Under the pieces are notes generated by a model that did not search any database, was not told the origin of the DNA, and worked only from the letters and a program-made list of their open reading frames with translations. This document shows, one piece after another, positions 9,908 to 19,827 of a stretch of DNA of 64,000 nucleotides. The stretch is taken from the NCBI GenBank assembly GCA_963764715.1, contig CAVXTP010000011.1, positions 27,979 through 91,978 of the forward strand, read 5' to 3'. Within the stretch, counting starts at the first letter, position 1. Every line of letters begins with the position of its first letter. The stretch comes from an uncultured Acidobacteriota bacterium (GTDB lineage Bacteria; Acidobacteriota; Thermoanaerobaculia; UBA5066; Gp7-AA6). The position numbers were made by a program, and so were the translations under genes.

Positions 9908-11077
9908 TCAGGGATGCAGGACCGGGACCAGGCGGCGGATGACGGCGATGGAGACGTCGTCGTCGGGGAGGACCGCGCCGCGGAAGGCGCGCGCGCTGAC
10001 GGCGACGGAGTCTGCGAGGGCCTGCGGAGGCAGGGACGCCCCGTGCCGCAGAAGAACCTCGATTCGCGCGTCCCCGAACTCCTCGCCGGCGGCATTGCGC
10101 GCCTCGGAAAGCCCGTCGGAGTGGATGAACAGCGTTTCGCCGGGCTCGATGCGGCCGGTCTCGACCCTCCAGGCGAGCTGCGGCCGGATTCCCAGCGGGT
10201 ACGCGCCCTTCCCGATCCGCGCGCGCACGCCGCCGTCGGCGCCGGCGACGATCGGCTGGGGATGTCCCGCGACCGACCCGGCGAACGAGCCGTCGGGCGA
10301 GAGGAGCAGGTAGACGCACGAGAAGAAGGCCCGGGGGCTGCCGGTGCGGCAGAGGATGCGGTTGAGCGTCGCGAACATGGCCGGCGGCGAGGGATCGACG
10401 TCGAGCTGCGTGCGAAACGCCGCGTGCGCGACGGCCATGACGAGCCCGGCCGCCATTCCGTGGCCCGAGGCGTCCCCGAAGAGCACGGCCAGCCGCCCGT
10501 CCGGCAGCGGGACGAAATCGTAGATGTCGCCGCCGACGGTGTTGGCGATCTCGTTGTGGGCGCCCGCCGCGAACGCCGGGGTCTGCGGCATCTCCTTCGG
10601 AATCAGGCTCGCCTGGAGGTCGCGCGCGAGCTCGAGCTCGTCGCGAAAGTTGATCTTGTCGACGAGCTCCATCCCGAGCAGCAGGCCGAGCAGCACCGTG
10701 GACGCGAACAGGAAGGTGCTGTCGAAGTCGACCGTGTAGGACGTCGTCCGACGCACGCCGTTCTCGAGCTTCGTGTCGCTGCGGTGGAAGTTCGGGCCGC
10801 ACATCGACATCACCAGGCACAGCAGGACGACGAGGAACACCACCCGCCGCGCGGGAGCGAGCCGTTTCGCGAGGCCGAACAGGACGCTGTTGGTCGTGTG
10901 GAGGAACCGGCGGACCCGGCCGCGGCCGCCGGCCGGAGCCGGACGCGCCGCGTCTTCGGCGGTCAGCATCTCCTGGGCGAGCCGCCACTCGCGCGAGTAG
11001 AGGCCGGTCAGGTCCTCCCGGCCGACGGCGGAGAACGTCCCGCGGAGCAGCTCGACCCAGTCGTGTCGCGACGGCAC
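9908..11077 (-). CDS. PP2C/SpoIIE-family (RsbU-like) membrane serine phosphatase
   Basis: ELELARDLQ, VGGDIYDF, GDASGHG, HSDGLSEA, DDVS motifs; two TM segments. Confidence 0.92.
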   Translation of the reverse strand: MPSRHDWVELLRGTFSAVGREDLTGLYSREWRLAQEMLTAEDAARPAPAGGRGRVRRFLHTTNSVLFGLAKRLAPARRVVFLVVLLCLVMSMCGPNFHRSDTKLENGVRRTTSYTVDFDSTFLFASTVLLGLLLGMELVDKINFRDELELARDLQASLIPKEMPQTPAFAAGAHNEIANTVGGDIYDFVPLPDGRLAVLFGDASGHGMAAGLVMAVAHAAFRTQLDVDPSPPAMFATLNRILCRTGSPRAFFSCVYLLLSPDGSFAGSVAGHPQPIVAGADGGVRARIGKGAYPLGIRPQLAWRVETGRIEPGETLFIHSDGLSEARNAAGEEFGDARIEVLLRHGASLPPQALADSVAVSARAFRGAVLPDDDVSIAVIRRLVPVLHP

Positions 11078-11234
11078 TTCCGGAGCATACGCAGGCAGGC
11101 CCCTCCGGGATCCGGGCGGGAGCGAGGCCCCTCGGGCATGTTCGGTGCTCGGCCGCCCGGTCAGACGGCCAAGTCGTTGAGATGCAGCGCTTTCCCGGCA
11201 GACGGACGGCCGACCGCGGACGGCGGCTGCGGGA

Positions 11235-11504
11235 TTACAGGCCGAGCAGCGCCAGGTCGTCGAGCAGGTTCGCCAGCCGGGGGTGCGCGGCGAGCTCGCG
11301 GTAGAGCCAACCGTGCCGGTCGCGCAGGTCCTTCAACCCGGCGCGCAGCGCCTCGCCGTCCCGGGCGGCGGCCGCCGAGCGCAGCTTCTCGATCGCGGCA
11401 CGGCCCTCGTCGTCGATCCGGCCCCCGACCTGCGCGTGGAGCGAATCGAACGACTCGTGCACGCGGGCGGCGTGCTCGTCGTCGTCGCGAGGCTTGTCGA
11501 CCAT
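11235..11504 (-). CDS. Small helical hypothetical protein (89 aa)
   Basis: ATG 11504 downstream of a TAATCT -10-like box; typical codon bias; fills the intergenic gap. Confidence 0.65.
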   Translation of the reverse strand: MVDKPRDDDEHAARVHESFDSLHAQVGGRIDDEGRAAIEKLRSAAAARDGEALRAGLKDLRDRHGWLYRELAAHPRLANLLDDLALLGL

Positions 11505-11518
11505 CGGAGTCGAGATTA

Positions 11519-12295
11519 TCAGAGAAGCGCCGGCAGGTCGGCGAGCGAGGCGAGGATCGCGTCGGGCGAGACCGGCGAGCGGCCGAGGTCGCCCTCGCGG
11601 TACTTCCCGGTGCGCACCAGGATTCCCCGCATGCCCGCCGACTGCGCTCCGCCGACGTCCGACTCGAGGTCGTCGCCGACGACCGCCGCCTCCGGCGCCG
11701 GAACGCCCGTCGAGGCGAGCGCGGCCTCGAAGAAGGCGCGCGAGGGCTTGCCGGCGAGAAGCGCGGCCTTGCCGGACGCGTGCTCGAGCGCCGCGGCGAA
11801 GGGACCGGAATCCAGCATGAGCCCGCCCTCGGCCTGCCAGTACCGGTTGCGCGCGAGCGTCACGAGCTCCGCCCCGTCGAGCAGCAGGCGGAACGCGCGG
11901 TTGAGGCGCTCGTACGTCATCCCCTCGCCGAGGTCCCCGAGAACGACGGCGTCCGCCCCCGCCTCGACCGGCGTGATCCCCTCGAAGTCCTCGAGGAGCG
12001 CCGGGCGGACCAGGAAGTGGCAGCGCGTCCAGCCGCGCGCGAGAAGGAGCGACCGCGCGGCGCGCGGCCCGGTGAAGAGCCGGTCGGCCGCAATGTCGAG
12101 CCCCATCCGCGCGAGCTCGCGCCGCAGGACCGCGCGCGGCCGGCTCGTCGCATTGGTGACGAACCGGCACGCGATGCCACGGCGCTCGGCGGCGGCGAGG
12201 GCGTCGGCGGCGCCCGGAATGAGCGCGCCGGACTGGAACACCGTTCCCTCCAGATCGAGGAGGAGCGCCCTCGTTCCGGCGAGGGGCGAGCTCAT
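11519..12295 (-). CDS. HAD-superfamily subfamily IIA hydrolase (LHPP/TIGR01458-like)
   Basis: LLDLEGTV, FVTN, GKPS, VGDDLESDVGGA, LVRTGKY motifs; ATGA overlap with upstream gene. Confidence 0.9.
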   Translation of the reverse strand: MSSPLAGTRALLLDLEGTVFQSGALIPGAADALAAAERRGIACRFVTNATSRPRAVLRRELARMGLDIAADRLFTGPRAARSLLLARGWTRCHFLVRPALLEDFEGITPVEAGADAVVLGDLGEGMTYERLNRAFRLLLDGAELVTLARNRYWQAEGGLMLDSGPFAAALEHASGKAALLAGKPSRAFFEAALASTGVPAPEAAVVGDDLESDVGGAQSAGMRGILVRTGKYREGDLGRSPVSPDAILASLADLPALL

Positions 12296-13191
12296 CGCGC
12301 CGCGCCGGAGCCGGCCATGCGCTCGTAGAGCGTGAGGAGCGCCTGCGTGCCGTCCTCGCCGCGGCCCTGCGCCTCGAGGGCCGAGAGGAGCTGGTGCGCG
12401 AGGGCCGTGCCGGGCAGCGGCACCCCGTTCGCGCGGGCCGTCGCGAGGACGATCGCGAGGTCCTTCTGCTGGTGCTTGATCGCGAAGGCCGGGGCGAAGT
12501 CGCGCCCGATCATCTTCTGGCCGAGCACGTCGAGCATCCAGGAGCTCGCGGCCCCTCCCATCAGCGCCGCGTGGAGCGACTCGAGCGGCAGGCCCGCCTT
12601 CGCCGCGAAGGCCATTCCCTCGGCGACCGCCACGAGCGTGTTCGCGACGACGATCTGGTTCGTGGCCTTGCCGAGCTGGCCGGCGCCGGACGGACCGAGG
12701 TGCGTGATCCGCTTGCCCATGGCCCGGAGCGCGGGACGCGCCGTCTCGAGCGCCGCGGCATCGCCGCCGACGAAGAAGGTCAGCGTCCCCTCGATCGCGC
12801 CCTTCTGTCCGCCGGAGACCGGCGCGTCGACGAACGCGATCCCGGCCCCGGCGAGCCGCTCGGCGATCGAGCGCGCGGCGCCGGCCGCGATCGTCGAGCA
12901 GTCGACGACGACGGCGCCCCGCGCGGCGCCATGGATGGTGCCGTGCTCGCCGAGGTGGACCGACTCGACCTCGGGGGAGTCCGGCAGGCAGGAGACGACG
13001 ACGTCGGACGCCTTCCCGACCTCTTCGGCGCTCGCGGCCGGGCGCACGCCCGGGCCGAGCTCGGCCGCCAGGGCGGCGGCTTTCGAGGCCGTCCGCGTGA
13101 AGACCGTGAGGGGGAAGCCCGCCTTCGCGAGGTTGCGGGCCATGGGGGCGCCCATCGTTCCGAGTCCGATGAAACCCACGCGTGGCGTCAT
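12292..13191 (-). CDS. NAD(P)-dependent 3-hydroxyisobutyrate/tartronate-semialdehyde reductase family oxidoreductase
   Basis: GFIGLGTMG, DAPVSGG, catalytic KxxNQ. Confidence 0.92.
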   Translation of the reverse strand: MTPRVGFIGLGTMGAPMARNLAKAGFPLTVFTRTASKAAALAAELGPGVRPAASAEEVGKASDVVVSCLPDSPEVESVHLGEHGTIHGAARGAVVVDCSTIAAGAARSIAERLAGAGIAFVDAPVSGGQKGAIEGTLTFFVGGDAAALETARPALRAMGKRITHLGPSGAGQLGKATNQIVVANTLVAVAEGMAFAAKAGLPLESLHAALMGGAASSWMLDVLGQKMIGRDFAPAFAIKHQQKDLAIVLATARANGVPLPGTALAHQLLSALEAQGRGEDGTQALLTLYERMAGSGAAR

Positions 13192-13252
13192 GGGCGAGAC
13201 CTCCGGCGCGCGATTGTACGGGGCGTCCCGCGTCCGCCGGGCCGACCGGGTG

Positions 13253-13274
13253 TATATTGGTACCATGGTAACAA
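13253..13274 (+). promoter_or_regulatory. -10 box and overlapping 18-bp palindromic operator
   Basis: TATATT at 13253-13258; TTGGTACCATGGTAACAA (13257-13274) matches its reverse complement at 16/18 positions and spans the ATG. Confidence 0.55.
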
Positions 13275-13555
13275 GACGCGGCCATCCCGCCCGCCCGGCC
13301 TCGCGGCTGCTCGTCGAGCGCGTGCAGACCGGGGTCCGCCTCGAGAAGCGCATCCTCAAGGTCCTCAAGGCCCTCGCGGAGCTCAGAGACCTGTCGCTCG
13401 GCGACCTGCTCGAGGGCATCTGCCTCCATGCCTTCGAGGGCAAGGCGCCCTTCTCCGAGGAGACGCGGCGGAAGATCGCCGAGCTCAAGAAGATCTACGG
13501 GCTCGACCTCGACGCGGGCGCGAGCCATCTGCTGCGGGAGAAGGGGGAGAGTTGA
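13265..13555 (+). CDS. Small conserved protein, probable ribbon-helix-helix DNA-binding protein
   Basis: ERVQTGVRLEKRILKVLKALAE...SLGDLLEGICLHAF has an RHH-like strand-helix-helix pattern. Confidence 0.7.
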   Translation: MVTRRGHPARPASRLLVERVQTGVRLEKRILKVLKALAELRDLSLGDLLEGICLHAFEGKAPFSEETRRKIAELKKIYGLDLDAGASHLLREKGES

Positions 13556-13559
13556 GCCG

Positions 13560-13898
13560 ATGACGCGCGCGTTCCGCCGGGCCTTCGCGGTATTTCACTG
13601 GACGCTCGCAATCGTCGTCGCGGTCGAGAGCGTGCGGACCGTGTTCCGCGCGCTCCAGGGGCACCCGAACCACGCCCTGCTTCTGCTCGCCTCCGTCGAG
13701 GCGGTCGGGGCCGGGTTGTTTCTCGTCCCGCGCACGCTCCGCCTCGGGGCGGGAGCGATGCTGGCGACGTTCGCGATCGCCTTCCTCGTGCACGCTCCCC
13801 GCGGAGAGGCCAACCTGGCGCTCCTCGTCTACGCCGCCGGCACCGTTCTCGTGGTCCTGCATCACCGCGCCCTCGCCGCCGGGAGCGCCGCGGCATAG
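13560..13898 (+). CDS. Small four-TM membrane protein (DoxX-like)
   Basis: Hydrophobic helices; EAVGAGLFLVPRT motif. Confidence 0.7.
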   Translation: MTRAFRRAFAVFHWTLAIVVAVESVRTVFRALQGHPNHALLLLASVEAVGAGLFLVPRTLRLGAGAMLATFAIAFLVHAPRGEANLALLVYAAGTVLVVLHHRALAAGSAAA

Positions 13899-13918
13899 GA
13901 TCGGCCGAGGAGGCGGGC

Positions 13919-14356
13919 ATGACCGAAGTCGTCGTCCGCGAAGCGGGCGGGCGGTACGCGCAGTGGATCGAAACCGGCGGGCACGTCCTCGCGGCCGACG
14001 AGTCGCTCGCGGCGGGCGGGACCGACTCCGGGCCGGATCCCTACGCGCTCCTCCTCGCGGCGCTCGGCGCCTGCACGTCGATCACGCTGCGCATGTACGC
14101 GGACCGGAAGGGGTGGCCGCTGACGGGGATCACGGTCCGCCTGACCCAGCAGAAGGTCTACGCGCCCGACTGCGCCGAGTGCGAGACGCGGGACGACAGC
14201 CGGATCGACCGGATCGAGCGGGAGATCGAGCTCTCGGGACCCCTGTCGGAGGAGCAGCGGCGGCGCATGCTCGAGATCGCCGACCGGTGTCCGGTGCACC
14301 GGACGCTCATGAACCCGAAGCAGATCGTGACCCGTCTCGCCGGGGAGGCGTCATGA
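13919..14356 (+). CDS. OsmC/Ohr family protein
   Basis: GPDPYALLLAALGACT and RCPVHRTL two-Cys motifs. Confidence 0.92.
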   Translation: MTEVVVREAGGRYAQWIETGGHVLAADESLAAGGTDSGPDPYALLLAALGACTSITLRMYADRKGWPLTGITVRLTQQKVYAPDCAECETRDDSRIDRIEREIELSGPLSEEQRRRMLEIADRCPVHRTLMNPKQIVTRLAGEAS

Positions 14357-15384
14357 AACGCCTCGCCGCGGCTCTCCTTCTCGTGGTCCTCCCGGCCGCG
14401 CGCCTGACGGCCCACGACACCGACGTCACTCGGACCGCGCGCGCGTTCCTCGCGCTCCTGCGGCCCGGGCTCAAGACGGACTGCGCGCTGCCGCTCGAGG
14501 GCGAGGAACGCACGCGCTGGAGCTACCTGCCCGGAGAGCGGCGCGGAGTCACGCTGGGGCAACTCAATCCATCCGAGCGCGCCGCCGCCATGGAGATGCT
14601 CCGCGCGAGCCTCTCGGCGCGAGGCTACGAGAAGACGGAGGGCGTGATCGTCCTCGAGGGCATCCTGCGCGAGACGCAGACCTTCGCCTTCGGCCGCGAT
14701 CCCGACCGCTACTACCTGACGGTCTTCGGCGTCCCCTCGGACGACCGTCCGTGGGCCTGGCGCTTCGAGGGCCATCACGTCTCGCTCCACTTCTCGTCGG
14801 CGTCGGGCCGCGTGGTCTCGGAAACGCCGGCCTTCTTCGGCGCCAATCCCGCGCGGGTCGCCTCGGGACCGCACGCGGGCCTTCGCGTCCTGGGACCCGA
14901 GGAGGACGTCGCGCGGAAGCTTCTCGCGAGCCTCGACGCGCGGCAGCGCGCGGCCGCGGTCATCTCGGCGAAGGCTCCCGCAGACATCCTGTTCGGTCCC
15001 GGGCGAAAGTCGGTGCCCGACCCGGAAGGTCTGGCGGCCGCGGAGATGTCTCCCGCGCAGCGCCAGGTGCTGATGGAGCTCGTAGCGCTCTACACCGGCA
15101 ACCTCGCCGAAGACGTCGCGCGCGCCCAGACGGAACGGATCGCGAAGGCCGGCGTCGAGTCGATCCGCTTCGCCTGGGCCGGGGGCACCGGCGCGGGCGA
15201 GGGCCACTACTACCGCGTGCAGGGCCCGACGTTCATCATCGAGTACGACAACACCCAGGACCACGCGAACCACGTGCACAGCGTCTTCCGGGATCTCCAG
15301 AACGACTTCGGCGGCGATCTCCTGCGCTCGCACTACGCGCGCGACCACGCCTCCGCCGTCGCCGGAAACGCGCGTTTACCCTGA
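14353..15384 (+). CDS. DUF3500-family secreted protein
   Basis: Signal peptide; WRFEGHHVSL, YYRVQGPTFIIEYDNTQ..ANHVHSV motifs. Confidence 0.85.
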   Translation: MKRLAAALLLVVLPAARLTAHDTDVTRTARAFLALLRPGLKTDCALPLEGEERTRWSYLPGERRGVTLGQLNPSERAAAMEMLRASLSARGYEKTEGVIVLEGILRETQTFAFGRDPDRYYLTVFGVPSDDRPWAWRFEGHHVSLHFSSASGRVVSETPAFFGANPARVASGPHAGLRVLGPEEDVARKLLASLDARQRAAAVISAKAPADILFGPGRKSVPDPEGLAAAEMSPAQRQVLMELVALYTGNLAEDVARAQTERIAKAGVESIRFAWAGGTGAGEGHYYRVQGPTFIIEYDNTQDHANHVHSVFRDLQNDFGGDLLRSHYARDHASAVAGNARLP

Positions 15385-15444
15385 ACCGCGGCCCCGGAAG
15401 TTTCCGCTTACCCTGCTTACTGCGTACTGCTTACCGGCCCACGC

Positions 15445-16200
15445 TCACCGCGTCTCGATCCCCCGCAGGTGCGGCTCGAGCGCCGCGTCCTGGATTCCGC
15501 GCAGCGCCTCCAGTCCCTTCTTCGCCAGCGCCAGGAGCTCATGGAGCTGCGCGTCGGTGAAGGGACGCCGCTCGGCCGTCCCCTGGATCTCGACGAACGC
15601 GCCCGAGGCCGTTCCGACGACGTTGCAATCGACGTCGGCCTCCGCGTCCTCGGCGTACGCGAGGTCGAGGACCGCCTGGCCGGCGCAGATTCCGACGGAG
15701 ACCGCCGCCACCGTCTCGCGCAGCGGCCAGCGCGGGATCTTCTGCTCGCGGCAGAGCTTCGCGAGCGCCATCGCCAGGGCCACGCAGGCCCCCGTGATCC
15801 CGGCGCAGCGGGTCCCGCCGTCCGCCTGCAGGACGTCGCAGTCGAGCGTGATCGTGCGCTCGCCGAGCCCGCGCAGCTCCGTGACGCTGCGGAGCGAGCG
15901 CCCGATCAGGCGCTGGATCTCGAGCGTGCGCCCGCCCTGCTTTCCGACGGCCGCTTCCCGCGCCGAGCGCGTGTGCGTGGCCCGCGGGAGCATGCCGTAC
16001 TCGGCCGTGACCCAGCCGCTGCCGCTGCCCTTCAGGAACGGCGGCACGCGGTCCTCGACCGACGCCGCGCAGAGGACGCGCGTGTCGCCGAGCGTGATCA
16101 GCGCGGATCCTTCGGCGTGCCGGGCGGCGCCCGTCTCGATCGCGACGGGCCGCAGCCTGTCCGGCGCGCGGCCGTCGGGGCGCGGCGTCGCCGGGCTCAC
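15445..16200 (-). CDS. rph: Ribonuclease PH
   Basis: [37 protein letters not shown]; GTG start overlapping the upstream stop. Confidence 0.95.
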   Translation of the reverse strand: MSPATPRPDGRAPDRLRPVAIETGAARHAEGSALITLGDTRVLCAASVEDRVPPFLKGSGSGWVTAEYGMLPRATHTRSAREAAVGKQGGRTLEIQRLIGRSLRSVTELRGLGERTITLDCDVLQADGGTRCAGITGACVALAMALAKLCREQKIPRWPLRETVAAVSVGICAGQAVLDLAYAEDAEADVDCNVVGTASGAFVEIQGTAERRPFTDAQLHELLALAKKGLEALRGIQDAALEPHLRGIETR

Positions 16201-16854
16201 GGCGTCGCCTCGGGCGTCGGCGCGCCGGCCGCCGATTCGGCGTCCGGCGGGGCGACGATGGTCTTCAGGAAGAGAAGCGGCCGGGTCAGGTCCACGTGGC
16301 CTCCCAGGGTCTCGGCGGGCTCGCCGTTGACGAGGATTCTCACACGGGACGTCTCGGCCACGTTCTGGAGCGTCGAGTCGACGAGGGCGCCGACGATCGT
16401 CAGCTCTTCGTCGGAGCCGAACGTGAGGCCCGAGTCGACCGCGAGGTCGAGCACGGCCTCGCCCTCCTGCAGGAGAAAGGCGTTGCGCAGCTGCATCTTC
16501 GGCGGGATGACGCCGATGAGGCCCTCCCGCGTCGGCCCCTTCTGGAGCTCGGCGAAGATCGTCTGAAGGAACGCGGCGGCGCCGGCCGGGCTTCGGCACG
16601 TCCCGCTCCTCGGCGTGCAGGAGCATGCCGTCCTGGTCCGGGAAGTAGAGCGTGACGCGGACGGTCTCGACGGCCGGCGGCGCGGTCACGCCCGGAGCGG
16701 GGGTGACGATCGGGGCGGGAGCGGGCGTCACGCGCAGGAACGGCCGGGGCACCCGCCGGGAGAGGCTCGCGAGATCGCCGCGGTTGGCGAGGATCAGGGC
16801 CGCGACGGCGGCCGCGAGGACCGCGAGCAGGATCGCCGCCGCGCGCCGGCTCAT
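16197..16854 (-). CDS. GerMN domain protein (apparent 1-nt frameshift near 16589)
   Basis: N-terminal TM, VTLYFP, ELQKGP, C-terminal [19 protein letters not shown]; halves in different frames across a C-run. Confidence 0.8.
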
Positions 16855-18430
16855 CGGGCTTTCGAGCGCGGGGCCCGGGCGGTCGGGGAGGGCGAGGGCC
16901 GCGGCGTCGGCGGCTCGGCGGGGGGCATCGCCCGGATCGCGGACGGAAGCCGCTTGCCGTAGAAGCGCGCCACCGCGCGGGCCACCGCGTCGGCCACGGT
17001 CTGCTGGAACTCGGGGCTCTTCAGGCTCTTCTCCTCCGCGGGGTTGGAGATGAACGCGACCTCGAGGAGGATCGCGGGCATCGTCGCGCCGACGAGGACG
17101 CGGAAGGGCGCCTGCTTGATGCCCCGGTTGGCGGTGTCGGTGACGGCGTTCATCTCGACCTGGATCGCCTCGGCGATCTCGCTCGACTCCTTGAGGTGCG
17201 CGCTCTGCGCCAGGTCCCAGAGGACGAAGTCGAGGTCGGGGTTGCCGGTCTCGGCCGCGGGCCCGCCGGGCCGCCGTTGGATTCGTTCTCGCGGCTGGCG
17301 ACTTCCTGCGCGAGCTTGTCCGAGGCCTCGAGCGACAGGTAGTAGGTCTCGGAGCCCTGGGCCGAGGCCGAGCGCGACGAGTTGGCGTGGATCGAGAGGA
17401 AGAGGTCCGCCTTCTCGTGGTTCGCGATCGACGTGCGGTCGTCGAGCGGCAGCAGGAGGTCGGAGTCCCGGGTCAGGACCGTGCGGCAGGCGATCGCCTT
17501 CGGGAGCGTCGCGACGATGCGCTTGGCGATCTCGAGGGTGGCGTCCTTTTCGAAGAGCCCGCCCGGCCCGATCGCCCCGGTCTCGGTGCCCCCGTGCCCC
17601 GGATCGACCACGATCGTCACCTGCGGGCCGACGGCCGCGACCGGCGCCGCCGACTCCGCCGTCGCCGGCAGCGGCGGCGCGATGCGGCGCCCGACCTCGA
17701 CGACGAGACGATCGGGCGACGTCAGCGGATACGTGCGGGCCGAGAGACCCGGCTCCCGGAAGTCGATCAGCGCGAGGTCGCCCGAGAACCGCACCGACGC
17801 GACGAGCGGGTCGTCGTACTTCTTTTCGGGAAACGGCGGGTCGATCTTCGTGTCGGCGAACCGGACCTGGAGGCCCTTGTCGGAGAGCGCGGTCGACGTC
17901 TGGGCCGCGTCCGAGAGCCGGAGCACGACCTGCGTCGTCGGCTCGACGTGGACGACGGCGACCTCGATCGACAGGGGAGGCGGGCCGGCGGGCGAGAGCG
18001 TCCACGTCTTCTTCGCGGCGTCCCACGACGCCGGCCGCCCCGGCGAGCGGGAAGAGGACCTTCTCGAAGAAGTCCGCGGGCGCGTAGAGCGCGCCCGCGA
18101 CGAGGCGCGCGGGCCCCGAGATGGCGACGATCCGCTTGTCGACCGGGACCTGCGCCGTGCCGGGCCCGAGCAGCACCTGGTGCCCGGCGCCCGTGATCGT
18201 CAGCACGCCCGTGGCGGGGTCCGAGGAGACCGTCAGGCCGAGAGCGCGGGCGGCGTCGGACACGACGAACTCCCGGCCGCCGAGCATGCCGACGGGGCGG
18301 CTCTCGCCCTTCCAGACGAGGGTCGCGCGCTCTTCGGCGGAGGCCGGAGCGGCGAGAGCCGCGAGAAGGACGGCGAGGGCCGCGGCGAGCGCCCAGGGCG
18401 CCGGGAGGCGGCGGTCTCTCGACCGAAGAT
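16851..18430 (-). CDS. N-acetylmuramoyl-L-alanine amidase (Amidase_3); frameshifts near 18030 and 17265; start uncertain
   Basis: [26 protein letters not shown] motifs spread over two frames; signal-like [19 protein letters not shown] upstream without an in-frame canonical start. Confidence 0.85.
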
Positions 18431-18525
18431 GGGCCCGTTTAAGGATACGAAGAAGAGGGTAGCACGGCGTCGGCGGGCGCCGCCCTCGCGGGTGCTGGAG
18501 CGCCTGCTCGCCTCGTCGGCGCCTC

Positions 18526-18942
18526 TCACGCGAGCCAGGATTTCAGCGTCGCGCTCGGGACGAGGCCCGGCTGCTGGAACGCGAGGCGGCCTCCGCGGAA
18601 GACGGCGAAGTTCGGGATGCCGCGCACGTCGTAGCGCGCCGCGATCTCGGGGTGGGCTTCGGTGTCGACCTTGAGGACCAGGGCCCGGCCGGCCATGTCG
18701 GCCGCTGTCTTCGCGACTTCGGGCGCCGCCATCTTGCACGGTCCGCACCACTCCGCCCAGAAGTCGACGAGCACGGGGACGCGGGCCTTCTCGGTGACCT
18801 CGCGGAAGATCTCCTCGTCGGCGTCGATGGGGCGCGCGACCGGGGAGATCGGCGTCTTGCAGCTCCCGCAGCGCCCCGCCTCGGCCAGCCGCTCGGCCGG
18901 GGACCGGTTCTTCTTTCCGCAGGCGGGGCAGGTCAGGATCAT
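18526..18942 (-). CDS. trxC: Thioredoxin 2 type (N-terminal Zn-finger)
   Basis: CPAC...CGSC zinc site plus WCGPC active site. Confidence 0.9.
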   Translation of the reverse strand: MILTCPACGKKNRSPAERLAEAGRCGSCKTPISPVARPIDADEEIFREVTEKARVPVLVDFWAEWCGPCKMAAPEVAKTAADMAGRALVLKVDTEAHPEIAARYDVRGIPNFAVFRGGRLAFQQPGLVPSATLKSWLA

Positions 18943-18970
18943 CGTCAGGGCCGCGGGGCCGTCGTCCCGG

Positions 18971-19795
18971 CTATTTCAGGCGCTCCTTCAGGAACGCGAT
19001 CGTCTTCGGCCACGCCTCGCGCGTCGCCTTGAGGTTCGCCCCGTCGCGCCCCGCCTGGTCGCGAAGGAACCCGTGCCCGGCGCCCGGGTAGATGTGGGGC
19101 TCGTAGGTCTTGCCGAGCTTCTTCATCTCGGCCTCGGCCGGGGGGATCGTGGCGTTCACGCGCTCGTCGTCGCCGCCGTAGTGGCCGAGCACCGGAGCCT
19201 TGATCGCGGCGAGCACGGGAGCGTCGGGCGAGGTGCCGTAGAAGACGACGGCCGCGTCGAGCGCGGGCTGCGCCCCGGCGTAGGCGAAGCTCTTCCCCCC
19301 GCCCCAGCAGAATCCGAGGGTCGCGAGCTTTCCGTTGCCCGCCGGGATCTTGAGCGCCCAGTCGCGCACGGCGTTCAGGCGCTTGTTCGCCTCGTCCGGC
19401 GAGATCCCGCGCACGAGCGCGACGACGTCGTCGCGGCTCGCGACCGAGTCGGTGCCGCCGCCGTTGGGGCCGAGGCCCGAGACCATGTCGGGCGCCACGG
19501 CGATGAAGCCCTCCTTCGCGAGCTGGTCCGCGACGCCGCGGAGCCAGTCCGTCAGGCCGAAGACCTCCTGGATCACGATGACGACGCCGGCCTTGTCCTT
19601 GCGCTCGGGGTAGGAGATCCAGGTCTTCAGCGCCGGCCCGCCGGGGTTCGGCACGTCGACGTACTCGCCGTGCCGCGGCGAGGAGTCGAGGGCGGCCTTC
19701 GCCTGCTCGGCCGCCGGCGGCAGCGAGGCGTCGCGGGCGGGCGGGGATGCGGTCTGGGCGAGAAGGAGCGAAGCGAGGAGCAGGGCGCTGAGCAT
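18971..19795 (-). CDS. Dienelactone hydrolase family protein, secreted
   Basis: GFCWGG nucleophile, GGDDERV, AGHGF; signal peptide; GGAGG RBS. Confidence 0.9.
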   Translation of the reverse strand: MLSALLLASLLLAQTASPPARDASLPPAAEQAKAALDSSPRHGEYVDVPNPGGPALKTWISYPERKDKAGVVIVIQEVFGLTDWLRGVADQLAKEGFIAVAPDMVSGLGPNGGGTDSVASRDDVVALVRGISPDEANKRLNAVRDWALKIPAGNGKLATLGFCWGGGKSFAYAGAQPALDAAVVFYGTSPDAPVLAAIKAPVLGHYGGDDERVNATIPPAEAEMKKLGKTYEPHIYPGAGHGFLRDQAGRDGANLKATREAWPKTIAFLKERLK

Positions 19796-19827
19796 CTCGG
19801 GACCTCCTGTTGCCGGACGCCGGGATT

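Noticed and set aside
11171-11193. AAGTCGTTG-N5-CAGCGCTTT weak inverted repeat
   Set aside because: Single poor-symmetry instance with no support
15405-15434. Degenerate TGCTTAC heptamer repeats
   Set aside because: Only about four units between convergent genes; too short to be an array or support a function
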